NCBI GenBank assembly: GCA_004431415.1
Contig: QPMI01000551.1
Location: forward strand, 124,001 to 188,000
Direction of reading: 5' to 3'
Source: Cyanophora paradoxa CCMP329
Lineage: Eukaryota > Plantae > Glaucophyta
Length of the DNA stretch: 64,000 nucleotides
Part shown: positions 1 to 11,521 of the stretch, one piece after another
Numbering within the stretch: the first letter of the stretch is position 1
How the letters are laid out: every line of letters starts with the position of its first letter
The notes under the pieces: model-generated
Told to the model about the DNA's origin: nothing
Database searches by the model: none
The model's input: the letters and a program-made list of their open reading frames with translations, nothing else
Program-made: the position numbers and the translations under genes

Positions 1-1800
1 CTATAGGCTATAGCCGAGCACGGCGGCGGAGGAACTCCGCAGACAGCGGCAGGCGGAGAGTCCAGGGTCGATGGAGAGATCCGACGACGGGAACGCAGCG
101 GAGGCCTACGAGACGGAAGAGGCGAGGAGGGAGCCGAGGAGGTGTCGGAGGCAGGGGAAGGGCCGCGAGCAAGTGACGGGGATCGCTGGCGGCGCCGAAG
201 AAAGGGCAGCGAAGCAGGAAGAAGGTCGGGTGGCGCCGGATCAGACGACACGGGGGTCATGGGTGGCGCAGAGAGAGACGAGCTCGAGGGCGCAAGGGCC
301 CGACGAGGGCGCCGGCGGCGAATCTCACGAGCGCCAGGAAGCGGGACAGGACCCGCAGATGGGACCCGAGGCGCCGAAGGGGGAGCAGGGAGCCGGAATG
401 ACGGGGAGACCGAAAAAAGGACAGTCTCGCCAACACTCGGAAGCGGGGCAGAGGCCGAGGAGCTCGAGGGGGGGTGGGAGGGCGGAGGAGGAGAGAGAAG
501 GCGGCTATTCGAAGGGTATGGAGAATCGAGAACGGAGGCGAGGGAGGCCGAAGTGATGGCGAGCTCTGGAGGCGAGGGGGCCTGCAAGCGGACCCGGGAA
601 AGTGGATGCAGACGCAGAGAGACCGGGGACGTAGTGGCGGGAGGGGCATGCAAAAAGATAGTGCCGCCCGCCGTCACAGTTGCACAAGCGGGGGCAAGAA
701 GGATGGGCTGAAGAGGGGGCTGAACCAGGAGGACGTCAGAAAGAGGGCCACGCGGGGGCGGAAGTGGAGGAGCAAGGGGAAGAGGTAAGAAGGGGTACGG
801 AGCTGCAAGATGACCAGGGACCTGCCGGGGAACAGGCAAGCGAAGAGGCCCCGTGACAGCAAGCTGTAAGGAGGGAGGAGGTAGAGGCGGGGCCAGTGGG
901 CCAAGGAGCACAGGGATCGGGACGGCAGGGAATGGGGGAAAAGGAGCGTCGAGAGGGGAAGCGAGAGCAGGAATGGAGACGGGCCCAAGGGTCACTACAG
1001 GAGCCAGAGCAGGAGGGGACGGCGCAAGAAGTGGGCGACCACCAGGGACCCCCAACGGGACAGTCCCACGGACGGCGAACTCCGAAGGATTCCGGAGGAC
1101 AGAATCAACGTCACGCGAGGACACGAGGTCGTCAGCACCGCCCGAAGAAGGAGCGCCGGACGAGTCAGAATCAGAGCTGAAATTAGACCGATGAGAGCCG
1201 GCACCAGACTCTGAGTCACGTTCGTCAGCATCCAAGGCGCCGGCATCCTGATCAGCAGCGTCAGCAGCAGCCAAACGAGCGCGCCGCTCCTCCAATAAGG
1301 CAGAAGCCTGAGGAAGGGTGAATTCTAGGTAGGACATATTTCTGTCCCAGGCGGCAACAAGGGCGGCGCGGTTGTAGGAAGGTGCATCAACGTCAGCTTC
1401 CTCGAGATCGCACCGAGCGCGAGCAACCTGCTGGATGGAAAATACGCCAGCAAGGATTGCTCCAAGTGATCGAAGGCAGAAGGCGGGGTTAACTGGACTG
1501 CGCAAAATAGGCCCAGATAAATCTGGAACCGAGAGGATGTGGAAGAGAGAGAGATCAGGCACTGCGACCGTCGGACCTCCTCACGCTCATCAGGTGGAAG
1601 GGCAGACGTCCACAGCTGCAGGCGCTCACGAATGAAAGCCCAGAACGAACGAGAAAGGGGGCACTCAGAAAAAACATGCGCGTGAGAGCGAGCGGAACCG
1701 TCATTACAAACGCGACAGAAACGACGGCGGGGCGACTGTTGCTCGCCCAAACGATACAATTTGAAATGCAAGCGATAAAGAGCATCGATCCAAATCATCG
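1..1800 (-). mobile_element. Degenerate, 5'-truncated non-LTR retrotransposon (LINE) 3' fragment with zf-RVT-like CCHC finger
   Basis: Minus ORF 1325..1852 contains LYRLHFKLYRL...FCRVCNDGSARSHAHVFSECPLSRSFW (CxxC-x8-H-x4-C followed by W), typical of the C-terminal zinc finger of LINE ORF2. The region is intron-free and strongly purine-skewed on +. Downstream reading frames are broken and no RT core is visible. Confidence 0.65.
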
Positions 1801-2040
1801 GGATATAGATCTGGACTGGACTGTCTGGCCATGGACTGAGAATGATGGACACCGGTCACACATGCACCGCCGCACCGCGGCTAAGAGGCATGAAAATTCA
1901 CGTACCTGCCAGGCTGGTGATTTTGTTTTTCTCAAATCCATGATCAGGTACCAAGTTAGTTTTTTTCGGCGGTCCGGCCGGTAATTCACCAAAAACAATT
2001 AAATAAGTATTACATGGTATAGGCCCGCCGCCGGGCCGCC

Positions 2041-3215
2041 GGTCCGGACTCCGGATCCGGATCGAGTCGACGTCCGGACGGTACGTTACCGTGCCAGTAA
2101 GTACCGTACCGGTACTACCGGTCCGTACGGCGTACGTACCGGGCTACTAGCCTACTACCGGGCCAGCTAGTACCGGCCCGGCGGCGGTACCGCCCGCCGG
2201 GCCGGCGCCGGCGCCGGTGTACGTACCGGTGGGCCGGACCGTCGACCGTCGACGTCGACGTCGCCGCCGAGTCGACGTCGGCCCCGATCGCGAGTCGCCG
2301 GCGACTCGAGCTCGCCGCCGGCGCCGACTCGCCGGTAGGGTTGCCACAGTCGCCGGCGCCGGCGCCCGGCGGCGCCGCGGCGCGCGGCCGCCGGCCGGCG
2401 CCGCCGCGGCGCCGCGGCGGTCGCCGACTAGAGGTGGGGCTCGAGCGCAAATCGGCGGCTCGAGCCGGGCTCGAGCCGAAAGGCCCGAAACCCCTCGAGC
2501 CGCGGGCCGGGCCCGGCCGGCCCGAGGTCGGCGTCGACTCGCCGATCGATATCGCCGCCGATTCGCCGGTCGGTAGTGATTCGGTACCGGCACTGGTCCG
2601 GCAGCCGCGGCCGCGGTTTAATTTCATCAGTTTCGAATTCGCAGATCTAGAAATTCGCACCCTACGTATAAGTACCCGGGACCGTCCGGACGGTCCTAGC
2701 AGCCTAGTAGCAGGCTAGCGTGCTAGTACACTGAGTACAGTACGTGTCAGTACCGCTCAATGCGCTCATGATCAGGATCATCAGATAATTATAAAGATTC
2801 AGATTACTGTCTGTATTCACTGATCAGTAATCATTTTTTTTTTTACTGATCAGTAATCATCATCATGGAATGATCCGATGATCATGAATCATGATCACTG
2901 AGTCAGCGGCTGTGCATGCAATTGCAATGTGCAATGCCGCGCAATCGCGGCAATTGCAATGTGCAAACTTGAAAAGACAGTGCAATATTAATGCCGCGCG
3001 CGCGCGCGCGCCCGCCGCGGCGGCAGTGCCGCGGCACGCCGGCACCGGGCCACCGGCCCGCGGCCGCGGCTCGGAGGCGGCTCCTCGGATCCGGTCTCCG
3101 CGGCCGGGGCCCGGGAGTCCGATCCGGTGGCGCTCCGGGCGGGAGTCCGCGGGACCGGGCCTCCGGCCCGCGGGCCGCGGGCCCGCGCCGGCCCCGCGGC
3201 CGGCGCCGGGCCCGA
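2041..3215. repeat. Non-coding block saturated with short palindromes
   Basis: Runs such as TCCGGATCCGGA (2050-2061) and GTCGACGTCGACGTC (2248-2262), a perfect 18-bp palindrome at 2291-2308, a near-perfect 33-bp palindrome at 2173-2205, and TGATCA/CATG and TGCAAT/ATTGCA blocks at 2765-2990. Confidence 0.85.
2819..2860 (-). mobile_element. Poly(A)-only retrotransposition scar: T10 flanked by a 16-bp direct repeat
   Basis: ACTGATCAGTAATCAT at 2819-2834 and 2845-2860 separated by ten T (A10 on the minus strand). Confidence 0.6.
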
Positions 3216-3227
3216 ATCCCGCCCGAT

Positions 3228-3750
3228 TAGTGCTGGGTTCAGTCAGGGTCCCCCCCTGACCCAGTCGCTCAGCCCCCCTGACTGTGACTGAATCAGTCAA
3301 CCCGAGGTTCAGTCAGGCTACCGTGCAAAAACTGAGGAAAATGACCCAGAAATGACCCAGATCATCGGGCCAGATGCGATCCATCTAAGTTGCCAAGCAC
3401 AGTGCGCGGGCAGTACGGTAGAGGGTAATTAAGCAAACAAAGAACACTGGAGAAAGAAATTCAGTCCCCGCCAGGTGTCAGACGCCGTTAGCCTCGTTAC
3501 TAAGTTAGCGCGGGCGGTTTCGTTCAGATTTCGTTGTTTTTCTGCATGGACGTAAGACGGCAGAAGATCCTTTTTAGGTCGACCCACGTCAAGCCTTAGA
3601 TGGGAAAAGCCCACAGGGGGGCACGCTCCCAGCATGCGCATGCGCAGGGTTTTCTATGGGACTGAGAGAACCTCAGTCGGCCAATTTGGTGACTCAGTCG
3701 GGTCAGTCAGACCCTCTGACTTTGACTGACAGTGACTGAACCCAGCCCTA
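3228..3750. mobile_element. hAT-type non-autonomous element (MITE), 523 bp
   Basis: 18-bp TIRs TAGTGCTGGGTTCAGTCA (3228-3245) and TGACTGAACCCAGCCCTA (3733-3750), 1 mismatch. Perfect 8-bp TSD CGCCCGAT at 3220-3227 and 3751-3758. Clustered subterminal TGAC/GTCA motifs at both ends. An 8-bp TSD with TAG termini is characteristic of hAT. Confidence 0.9.
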
Positions 3751-3911
3751 CGCCCGATACCGATGCGCGCGCGGCGCGCATGCCGCGAGCCTCGGAGTGC
3801 GCAGTGCGCACTCGAGCTCAGGCGCTGATCATGAGCATCGGAGCCCTCGGAGTGACGTGCGCTGCGCACTGCGGCATGTCATGCGCTGCGATGATGCGCA
3901 GACTCACAGCA

Positions 3912-3943
3912 GCGCAGTGCGCAGTGCGCACTGCGCACTGCGC
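3912..3943. repeat. Perfect 32-bp palindrome
   Basis: GCGCAGTGCGCAGTGC|GCACTGCGCACTGCGC is its own reverse complement. Confidence 0.95.
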
Positions 3944-4487
3944 AGGGCACAATGCATACTATGATATGCGGCACATGCAGCCGCTGAGCGCTACGCCGGC
4001 GTAACGCCGCTACCAGCGTTAACTTGGCAGCTGCAGCCTCTGTATGATGGAGACTGTATCCGGATCCTGCGCACGGATCCTCAGATCGATCGCGATCATC
4101 CTCTGCGGGCCTTGCAAGTTGCAATTGCCCTTGATGATGATGAGCTAGCGTTTCCTTCCCTAGTTTGTTCAGCAAAATCTCAGCCCTGCAGCTGGCAGAG
4201 TCTAGATCTTCTTCAAGGCCTAGGCTTCCTACGCTTCGCGAGGCTGCGATCGGCATCGGGCGCGCACAGCTTGCAGCTGGCCAGTTGCAGCATTTCCTCC
4301 ACGCAATCGCACAGCGGCAGCTGCAGCTGCAGCGCAGACAGCTGAAGCTTCGTGCACGCCCGCTCGCCCGGGCCCTGGCCTGTACATGTTCGGCTGCGCC
4401 CAGCTGCAGCCGAGAGTCCAGTACTCGCGCGCGCGCACACTGCGGCAATTGCAATCCCCAGCTGCATGCGCAGCGTTTGATCTACAC

Positions 4488-5456
4488 ATGGCCGTCGTTC
4501 GCGTTGATGTGCACGTGCTCCCGATCGCGAACGGAGGCACCTTCGAATTCGACGGGCTCGCCTCGGCGTGCTCGCGCGTGTGCTGCTCGCGGGCCCTCGA
4601 TCGAGAGCTTCAGGCGTGCGCGGCGGATATCGATTCGGAGTCCCGGGCCCCGCGCTCGGTGCCGGCGCACGCAAGCCCCGGCAAGAAGCGGCTCTTGGCG
4701 CCCGTGATGCCCGCTGCCAAGCGCGGCAAGGAGAACGCCTACTGCAACAGCCCTGCCGCCCCCGCCCCCGCCGACGACGCCTGCACCGCACCCTGCTCGC
4801 CCCACACGTTCCCCCTCGTCCCCGCGCCGTGTTCACAAGTACATGCCCCCGCACCGGAGCCGGAGCCGGCGGCGACGGGGGCGGCGCTGAGCCTGGCGGA
4901 CCTCACGGCGGCCCTAGCGACGATCGCGATCGCCACTTCGGAGGCGGAGGCGGCGGAGCTCGCGGAGGCGGAGGGGGAGGAGGCGGAGCTCGCGGGCCTC
5001 GAGTGGGGCGCCCCTGCGCCCGCGCCCGCGCCCGGGCCCCCGCCCCGCGGCGCCTGCTTCGCTCCTGTCGGCGCTGCCCAGCGGCCCGCCGCGCGGCCCG
5101 CCTTCTTCCACGAGCGCCGCGGCGCGACTCGCCCTTTGCCCCGTCCTTGTCCTTTCCCCGCGATTCGTCTCTCCAGCCCTTCGAATTCCTTCTATCCTCC
5201 AAATTCTTCCTCTACGTATACTCAGCTGCAGTCTGACAACGATGCAGCCGCGGTAGCTGTTCCGCCTGTACATGTAAATATTTTCGCCTCGCTCCTTGGC
5301 TCCCGGGCTCCGCTTTTTCTCGAGTCTCGCTCTAGAACTCGTGATCGCGGCCTGCAGTCTTCGAATTCCATGTGTCTAGATCGATATCTAGCTATAGATC
5401 TCTCTTCAGATTTAGACTCTGCTTTTCTACAGTCATGTCACAGATCAAGATCATGA
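4488..5456 (+). CDS. Hypothetical low-complexity protein; 3' end uncertain
   Basis: MAVVRVDVHVLPIANGG...KKRLLAPVMPAAKRGKEN...AEAAELAEAEGEE looks coding-like, but no recognisable domain. Confidence 0.3.
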   Translation: MAVVRVDVHVLPIANGGTFEFDGLASACSRVCCSRALDRELQACAADIDSESRAPRSVPAHASPGKKRLLAPVMPAAKRGKENAYCNSPAAPAPADDACTAPCSPHTFPLVPAPCSQVHAPAPEPEPAATGAALSLADLTAALATIAIATSEAEAAELAEAEGEEAELAGLEWGAPAPAPAPGPPPRGACFAPVGAAQRPAARPAFFHERRGATRPLPRPCPFPAIRLSSPSNSFYPPNSSSTYTQLQSDNDAAAVAVPPVHVNIFASLLGSRAPLFLESRSRTRDRGLQSSNSMCLDRYLAIDLSSDLDSAFLQSCHRSRS

Positions 5457-7549
5457 GGTCATCGCGATGCGTGGTGCATCATATCATGGCATGGGGAGTT
5501 AGGCCCCGAGGGGCTTGGCGGCTGGGGGCGTGCACCTAGGCCTTCGAGAACACATATATATACTCGTACTGCAGCTGCAGCTGTACATGTAGCTATGATG
5601 TAGGACCGGGATATCGATCCCGGGGTCTTCGCGAAAGAGAGTGGGCCCCGGGGCCCCGTCCCCCTCGCGTCTGTTGCCAAGTTGGTATAGACCGGGCGGG
5701 GATCTAGCACCGCGAGGCCAGGTGGCGAGCCTGGGCGATTAATATTCTAGATCTTGTATTGAAGAAGCAGGGCTAGGGCAGCAGGACCACAATATAGCTA
5801 GGCCTCAGACATGAAATTGTGGGGAGGGGCATGAATTAGGCCTAGGCCTAGGGCGAGGGGCCGGGGGGAGGGGGAGGGGGCGGGAGGAGGAGGAGGATTC
5901 GAAGAAGCAGGGCGCGAGGAGCTCGAGGGATGCAAGGACCGAAGGGCAGAGGATGCGGCCGCGGCCGCGGCGGGGGGCGGGGCGGGAGAGGATGAGAGGA
6001 GGGGGAGCTAGGCGCGAGCTCGACTCGAAGAGGGCCGATGTCTCTCCCGATCAACGGTCATCGCATCGAGAAGTCATCCTTGGCGCACACAGCGCAGCAT
6101 CCAGTGAGCTCGAACGCTTTCCAGTGCATCGTGAACGGCCGCTTGCACCTGCACGCGCACGCGTACATGAGCTCGAGCTCGGGCAGCTGTAGCCGGGCCG
6201 GGCCGGGAATCGAAGATCAATTGCAAGCCGCGGAAGGGTACGAGAAAATTTCCCACCGCGTCGGCGCGCGGCTGGCTGCGGCCCGTCCATGGCGCCGCCG
6301 CTGTCGCTCAGCGTGACCAGCGTGAGGTAGGCGGCTGGCGCGCGGAGCGGCGGCGCGAAATGGGTGTCGAGTTGGCGTTCTCGGCGGCGGGCCTCGTTGC
6401 CGGCCATTCCGTAGGAGATTCAGGAGCGCGCGCGTTAGGGGATTGCTTCTATGTTGTCTCCGGCGCGGCGAGGAGCGCCGCGGGAGCGGCCGCGGCGACG
6501 TCGGCTGGCCGCAAAGTCGGCCGGCTTTCGCGCAAAGCCCACGCCGCCACGCGCCGCAGCGTTAGTGAACGCGCGGCAGCCTTGGCGTGGCACACTGGCG
6601 CGGCGACGTGTTCCGTTAACACGCGGACGGCGCCCGGCCCCCGCACCCTTGCTTGGCGCTGGAGCTCATCGGCGCTTTCTCATTTCGTTCCGCTCCTAAT
6701 CTCCTCGCAGTCGAGTCGCTAGATGGCGGGTCTTTTCCACATGCAGGAAAGCTCAGGTCTTTCCGTCGACCTTTGCTTGTCAGGCGTAGTGCCTTTCTTG
6801 CCCTCCGCTATACGTGGGTCTTCCCTAGGGCGGACTTCCACGTCTGGAGGGTGTTTGCGCGCTCTGTTTGCCTTCATCGGTCTGCGTAGGGCCTGGGCTT
6901 TTTCTGCAGGTGTATCTTTCGGCCTCTCGCCCCATTTGTAGATATAGGACGTAGATAGAATTTCTCATCACTTAGACAGAGCACAGCACTCGACGGTCCT
7001 CAGTGTTATCTAGTCGGAGAGATAAATTGGGCGATGTGAAACTCCTAGAAGTTGTTGTTGTGTGCTAATGCAAATCCTTCCCATCAATTGCAAGCCGCGG
7101 CCGGGCCGGGCCGCGGGCCGCGGCCGGGACCGGTTCCAGCCGCGGCCGCGGAAGCTTGAGCGCGGGAGAGTTGAGTGGGGGCATGACACGCACCGTCGGC
7201 ACGCCTTGAAAGCGACGAGGTCTCCGCCGGCGTCCTCCTTGCCGTACCTGTTCTTCCCCTTGGCCTCGACGACGATGCCGTACGACGCGGAGTCGGTGTC
7301 GATCTCGGTATCGAATGTAGCGGCCACCTTCTCGCGCTGTCGGAGCCGCTCTGGATACGACTCCTGGCGCATCATGGCCCGGGCTCAGCTGGAGCGCTTG
7401 TGCAAAGTGGCCGCAGCCAGCTGGTATATGTAAAGCAAATAGCTAAAGCGGGCTGGTCTTCGAATTCGAAGTTGCCGCAAGTTGTGCATGCCAGCCGGGT
7501 ACGCGATACGGCGTCACGTGACGGTCGCGGCCTGCGAGGCCAGATAGAG

Positions 7550-7628
7550 CAGGCGCTATTGCTGGCAGGCGCTGGTGCAGACACCGGCTGGTGTGACAGG
7601 CGCTGGTGCTGACAGGCGCTGGTGCTGG
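7550..7628 (+). repeat. Five-copy ~16-bp minisatellite just upstream of an F-box ATG
   Basis: Consensus CAGGCGCTGGTGCTGA at 7550, 7566, 7582, 7597 and 7613; ATG at 7637. Confidence 0.85.
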
Positions 7629-7636
7629 CCGGCAGC

Positions 7637-9362
7637 ATGGCCGACGAGGGCGATCCTCCGCGTGCGCATGCTTGCTTCGAGCGTGCGCGCGCTTGATTAT
7701 GTGGCGGCTCGCTGATGGGGAACGCGCGCAGCGCTGGCGGTGCTCCCCGACGACGTCCTTGTCCTCGTCATCCGCGCGCTGGGCACCCCGGCGTACCGCG
7801 CGGTGGCGGCCCGCGTCTGCAAGGCGTGGAGGAGGGTCGCTTCGAGCCCGCAACTGTGGCCCGCGGCCGATCTGTGGCGCGCCAGGCGCCTCCGCGGCTC
7901 GCTCGCCCTGACGGCGGGCGCGCAGGATCGGGGACCGCGGACCTTGGGAGAGGCGCGTAGACTCGAATCCGCCGCTCGTAGGGTGGCCCACGTCGTCCGC
8001 GCAAGTTCTCCTGCCAAGCGACGCCGCCGCGCTGTTGCGGCAGCCGCGCTTCTCCGCCCTCCAGGAGCTCACGCTTCACTTTGTGCGTACAGCCGTTTGG
8101 AATCATTTCCTTGATCCCGGCGCACGCCCCTGGGCTGATGCATCCGCAGGTCTGCGGCGCCAGCTGCGCGGAGCCGCTCGCGGCGGTGCCGGCGACCGTC
8201 CGGCGCCTTGTGATCCGGTCGGAGGTGCCGCCGGCGTGGCTGGAGGAGGGCGTTAAGCTGGCCGGCGCCACGCTGGCGCCCACGCCGGCCCTCGAGGAGA
8301 TCGAATTCGATCCGGCGGGGTACGGCGACGAGGCAGCGCTGCTGGAGGCCTTGGCCGCCCTCGCCGGCGGCGTACCCCGGCAAAGCCTGCGCCGCATCGA
8401 CCTCCGCGGCGACGGAAACGCGCGCGCAGCCCTCAAGGGCGACGCCCCCCTGCGGGCCCTCGCGGCGGCGTACCCCGCCCTCCGCGAGATCGGAGGCCCG
8501 TACCTACGGGTGCAGCAGGGGGGTACAGCGGCGGCCCTCGCCGAGCTCAACGTCACGCCCCGCGGCCTGGTCTGCATCGAATCGTGGCCCCCCCGGGGAG
8601 TCCTCCCCCTCCTCGTCTCTCGGGGCCTCCGCGAATTCTGGGTACGCTCGTTAGCGCCTCCCCCTTCCCCCCCCCCCTTCTCTTCACCCTCCCCCCCCCC
8701 TTTCCGCTTACCCCGGCGGCCAGTCGAACGCGCGGACTGCGGGCGGGGTACCGGACGCGCTGGAGGGCGTCGGCGCGGGCCTCGAGACGCTCAGCGGTGC
8801 TGGCTCCGAGTGCGATTCACCAGAGGAGGTGCTACCCCCCCCCCCCTCCCTCGCCCTTCCCCCCCCTCCCTCGCCCTCCCCCCCTCCCCGCTTTCGACTC
8901 ACAAGTACCCCATCCAGGCGCTGGCCTGCCTCAACGCCCTCGCCCGTGCGCGCGCGTACCCCATCCCGCCCCGCCCCGCCCCCGCTCGTCCTGGAGCCAG
9001 CTGAAGCCGGGGGTACTACGGTAGGCCTCTCGGACTTGCAGACAGTCGGCCTGCACGCGAGCTGGCCGTCCCTGGCCGGCCCCCCCGCCGCCCTCGCGGT
9101 CCTGTCGCGCCTGCCCGTGCGGAGCCTGACGCTCCAGGCGTTGCGGCCGCCCCGCATGGGCGGCGTGGGCGCGTTCCTGCGGGGCCTGCCCGACGCGTGC
9201 CCGGGCCTCGAGGAGCTCTCCTGCATGGCGGGCGGGGGCGTGCCCGACGTGCGGGAGGCGGCTCGGGAGGTCGAGGCGTTGGTAAGGGAGCGCCGGGACC
9301 GGCGCCGGGCCCTGCGCGAGGGCGTCGCCGCCGCGGGCGCGCAGCCGCAGCCCTCGTCATAA
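7637..9362 (+). CDS. F-box protein with LRR-like C-terminal region (multi-exon)
   Basis: ATG 7637, then an intron, then LAVLPDDVLVLVIRALGTPAYRAVAARVCKAWRRVASSPQLW (F-box consensus LP..+...I.......VCK.W). Downstream LRR-like LRRIDL, LREFW, VRSLTL, CPGLEELS. Confidence 0.75.
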
Positions 9363-9377
9363 TGAGGAGTGGTGCGA

Positions 9378-9512
9378 TCAAATGGAATGCACGTGAGGCG
9401 CGCGGTTGGTTATGCAGTCGTATTTGATACAGGCCTGGGCCGGGGCTCCTGCGTTCAGAGGGGGAAGGAGAAGGGCCGGGGGTGGGGGCGGGGAGAGGGG
9501 ACAGGGGGGGGG

Positions 9513-9547
<35 letters not shown>

Positions 9548-9923
9548 CGGGGTACGAGGTCGACGCGCTTCGGCCTACTGACGCCGGCCGCCCGCGCTGG
9601 GGGGAGGGGGCGGGGGGGGGGGGGGGAAAGAGGTCTGAGCCCCGGGGAGGGCGGCGGGCGGCGGCGGGGCCGGCGAGGCGGCCGTGGGGCGGCGGAGGCG
9701 GCGGCGAGGGGCCGGGCCGCGGCGGCGAGGGCCGCTGCGGCGCCGCCGCCGTTGAGGCCCGAAGCTCAAGGGCCCCGGGGTAAAGAACGAGGTGATGGCA
9801 TCCGCATCGATATCCCCTTCGCCCGTGGAGGGGGTACGCCATGGCTGCCGGCCGCTTCCGCCCGCCCGCGCCGGGCGCCGGGCGACGGCACGCAGGAGGA
9901 GGGAGGAGGATTGGGGTGGGTGG

Positions 9924-9959
<36 letters not shown>

Positions 9960-10850
9960 TACGACGCCCAGGAGGCGGCGGGGCGGCGAGGCGGCGGGGC
10001 GGCGGGGCCGGCCGGGCCGGCCGGGCGGCGGGGCGGTGGGCCGGCACGGTACCCCCAGTCGCCCTCCGGCTCCGGCTCTTGTACCCCTGGCGGGCCGCTG
10101 GCGGCCTCCCGGCCACCCAGGGCTGCTGTCGGGCGCCGGCCGCCGGCGCGCAGGAGGAGGAGGGGAATCCCCGGGGCGGGGCGGCGGGGGCGACGAGGAG
10201 GACGACGGCGCGGAGGCGGGGCGGGCCCGCGAGAAGAAGGAGAGGAGGGTACCCCGCCTTGGGTCGGGGGCGGGCCGGGCGGGCCGGCGTCGACGTCGTC
10301 GGGGGGCCCCCCGCGCCCGCCGGAGGCCCCGCGGCCGCCCCTGCCCGCGGGCGCGTCGCCGGGCTTCTTCTTCCTGTCCGCCCGCCTGCCCCAGCCCTGC
10401 CAAGAGCCGGCCGTGAGCGCAGCGAAGTAACCGACGAGGAGATTAGTGGACCTGGTGGGGCTCGAAGGCGATGGGCCCGTCCCCGCCCCGCACGAGCCCG
10501 CGGAAGTGGCTCAGCATCGCCTGCAGCGAAAGGCGCGTGAGGAGATGGACTGCGGGGTGGAGAAGGAGGCGCTGACGGTGGGGACGAGGCAGGCCGAGCC
10601 GCCTGCGCTCGACCTCGCGCGCGATCGCCTCTCGCCGCTCCGCTTCCCGTCCTGCACCGCCTGTACGCTGCTGCTTCTGCAGCGGGCGTTGGCGGCGGCT
10701 TGAATTCACACTGGGGCCGGGCCGAGCACCCGCTTTGCGATGGTTTCGGACGGGACGCGTTCCTTCTGGAAAGTAAGGCTCGCCAGCTTCCGCCGCGCCT
10801 CCGTCCGCGCCGCCTCCGTCTCGTAATCGTGGACATATGCATGTCATGAT
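9378..10850 (-). CDS. Possible hypothetical spliced gene (boundaries uncertain)
   Basis: Exon-like segments REAERREAIAREVERRRL, AMLSHFRGLVRGGDGPIAFEPHQ and GWGRRADRKKKPG bounded by plausible splice sites; poly-C sense-strand intron tracts. Confidence 0.3.
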
Positions 10851-11521
10851 CAGATCTGCGCCCCCTTCTCTTAGCTATGATAGCGCGGAGGCCGCAGCGG
10901 GCGCGGGGCGGGCGCGGACCTTGTGCCGCTCGACCTCCTCGCGCCACTGCGGCCACCAGCTCTTCATCCGCGCGAAGTAGTCCGCCTCCGTGGTCCGCCT
11001 GTCAGCAGCGATCGAGCGATCGACAGCCTTGCCGGCGAGCGCGAGCCTTGAAGTGCTCCACGGAGGATCTTTGAAGCTTCAGCTGCGTGTTCTTTGACAT
11101 CTGCTCGCCGCCGGCGTGATGAGGGGCAGGGCGCGGCCTGCGGTGGCGCTCGAAGCTTAAGCGTGCACGTGGCGCACCGCCTGCTTGCCGCGCACGCTCT
11201 CCTTGCGAGCATTGAACTCGACGCGGGCGACGCTTATCCGGCCCTCCAGCTCCAGCTTCCTGCTTATCTCGAACTCTACCTGCTCTCTGCGCTGCCGCCT
11301 GCGCAGAGGAGTCGGTGCAGGTCGCGTTCAAGTGCGCACCGGGCGCACAGCTCAAGCCGGCGCGGCTCAAAGGGGTCCATCTGTTCGAGAAGGTTCTCCA
11401 GCGACCCCATTCCGGCCCGCACGCTTCCCGCTGAGCGTCAATCGAATTCCAAGCCGGCTAGTTGCAACGGAAGGAGGGTACGAAGCTTACAGCCACACCC
11501 AGCTCCCCCAGCACGCGGGCG

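Noticed and set aside
71-1194. Plus-strand ORFs at the left edge
   Set aside because: Low-complexity G/R/E translations of the purine-rich antisense strand of the LINE remnant.
5848-7520. Possible minus-strand gene or transposase pieces (MMRQESYPERLRQRE..., ELMYACACRCKRPF...)
   Set aside because: I could not assemble a consistent spliced model or recognise a domain.
7550-7628. CRISPR-like repeat
   Set aside because: The repeats are head-to-tail with no spacers, there are no cas genes, and the context is eukaryotic; it is a minisatellite.
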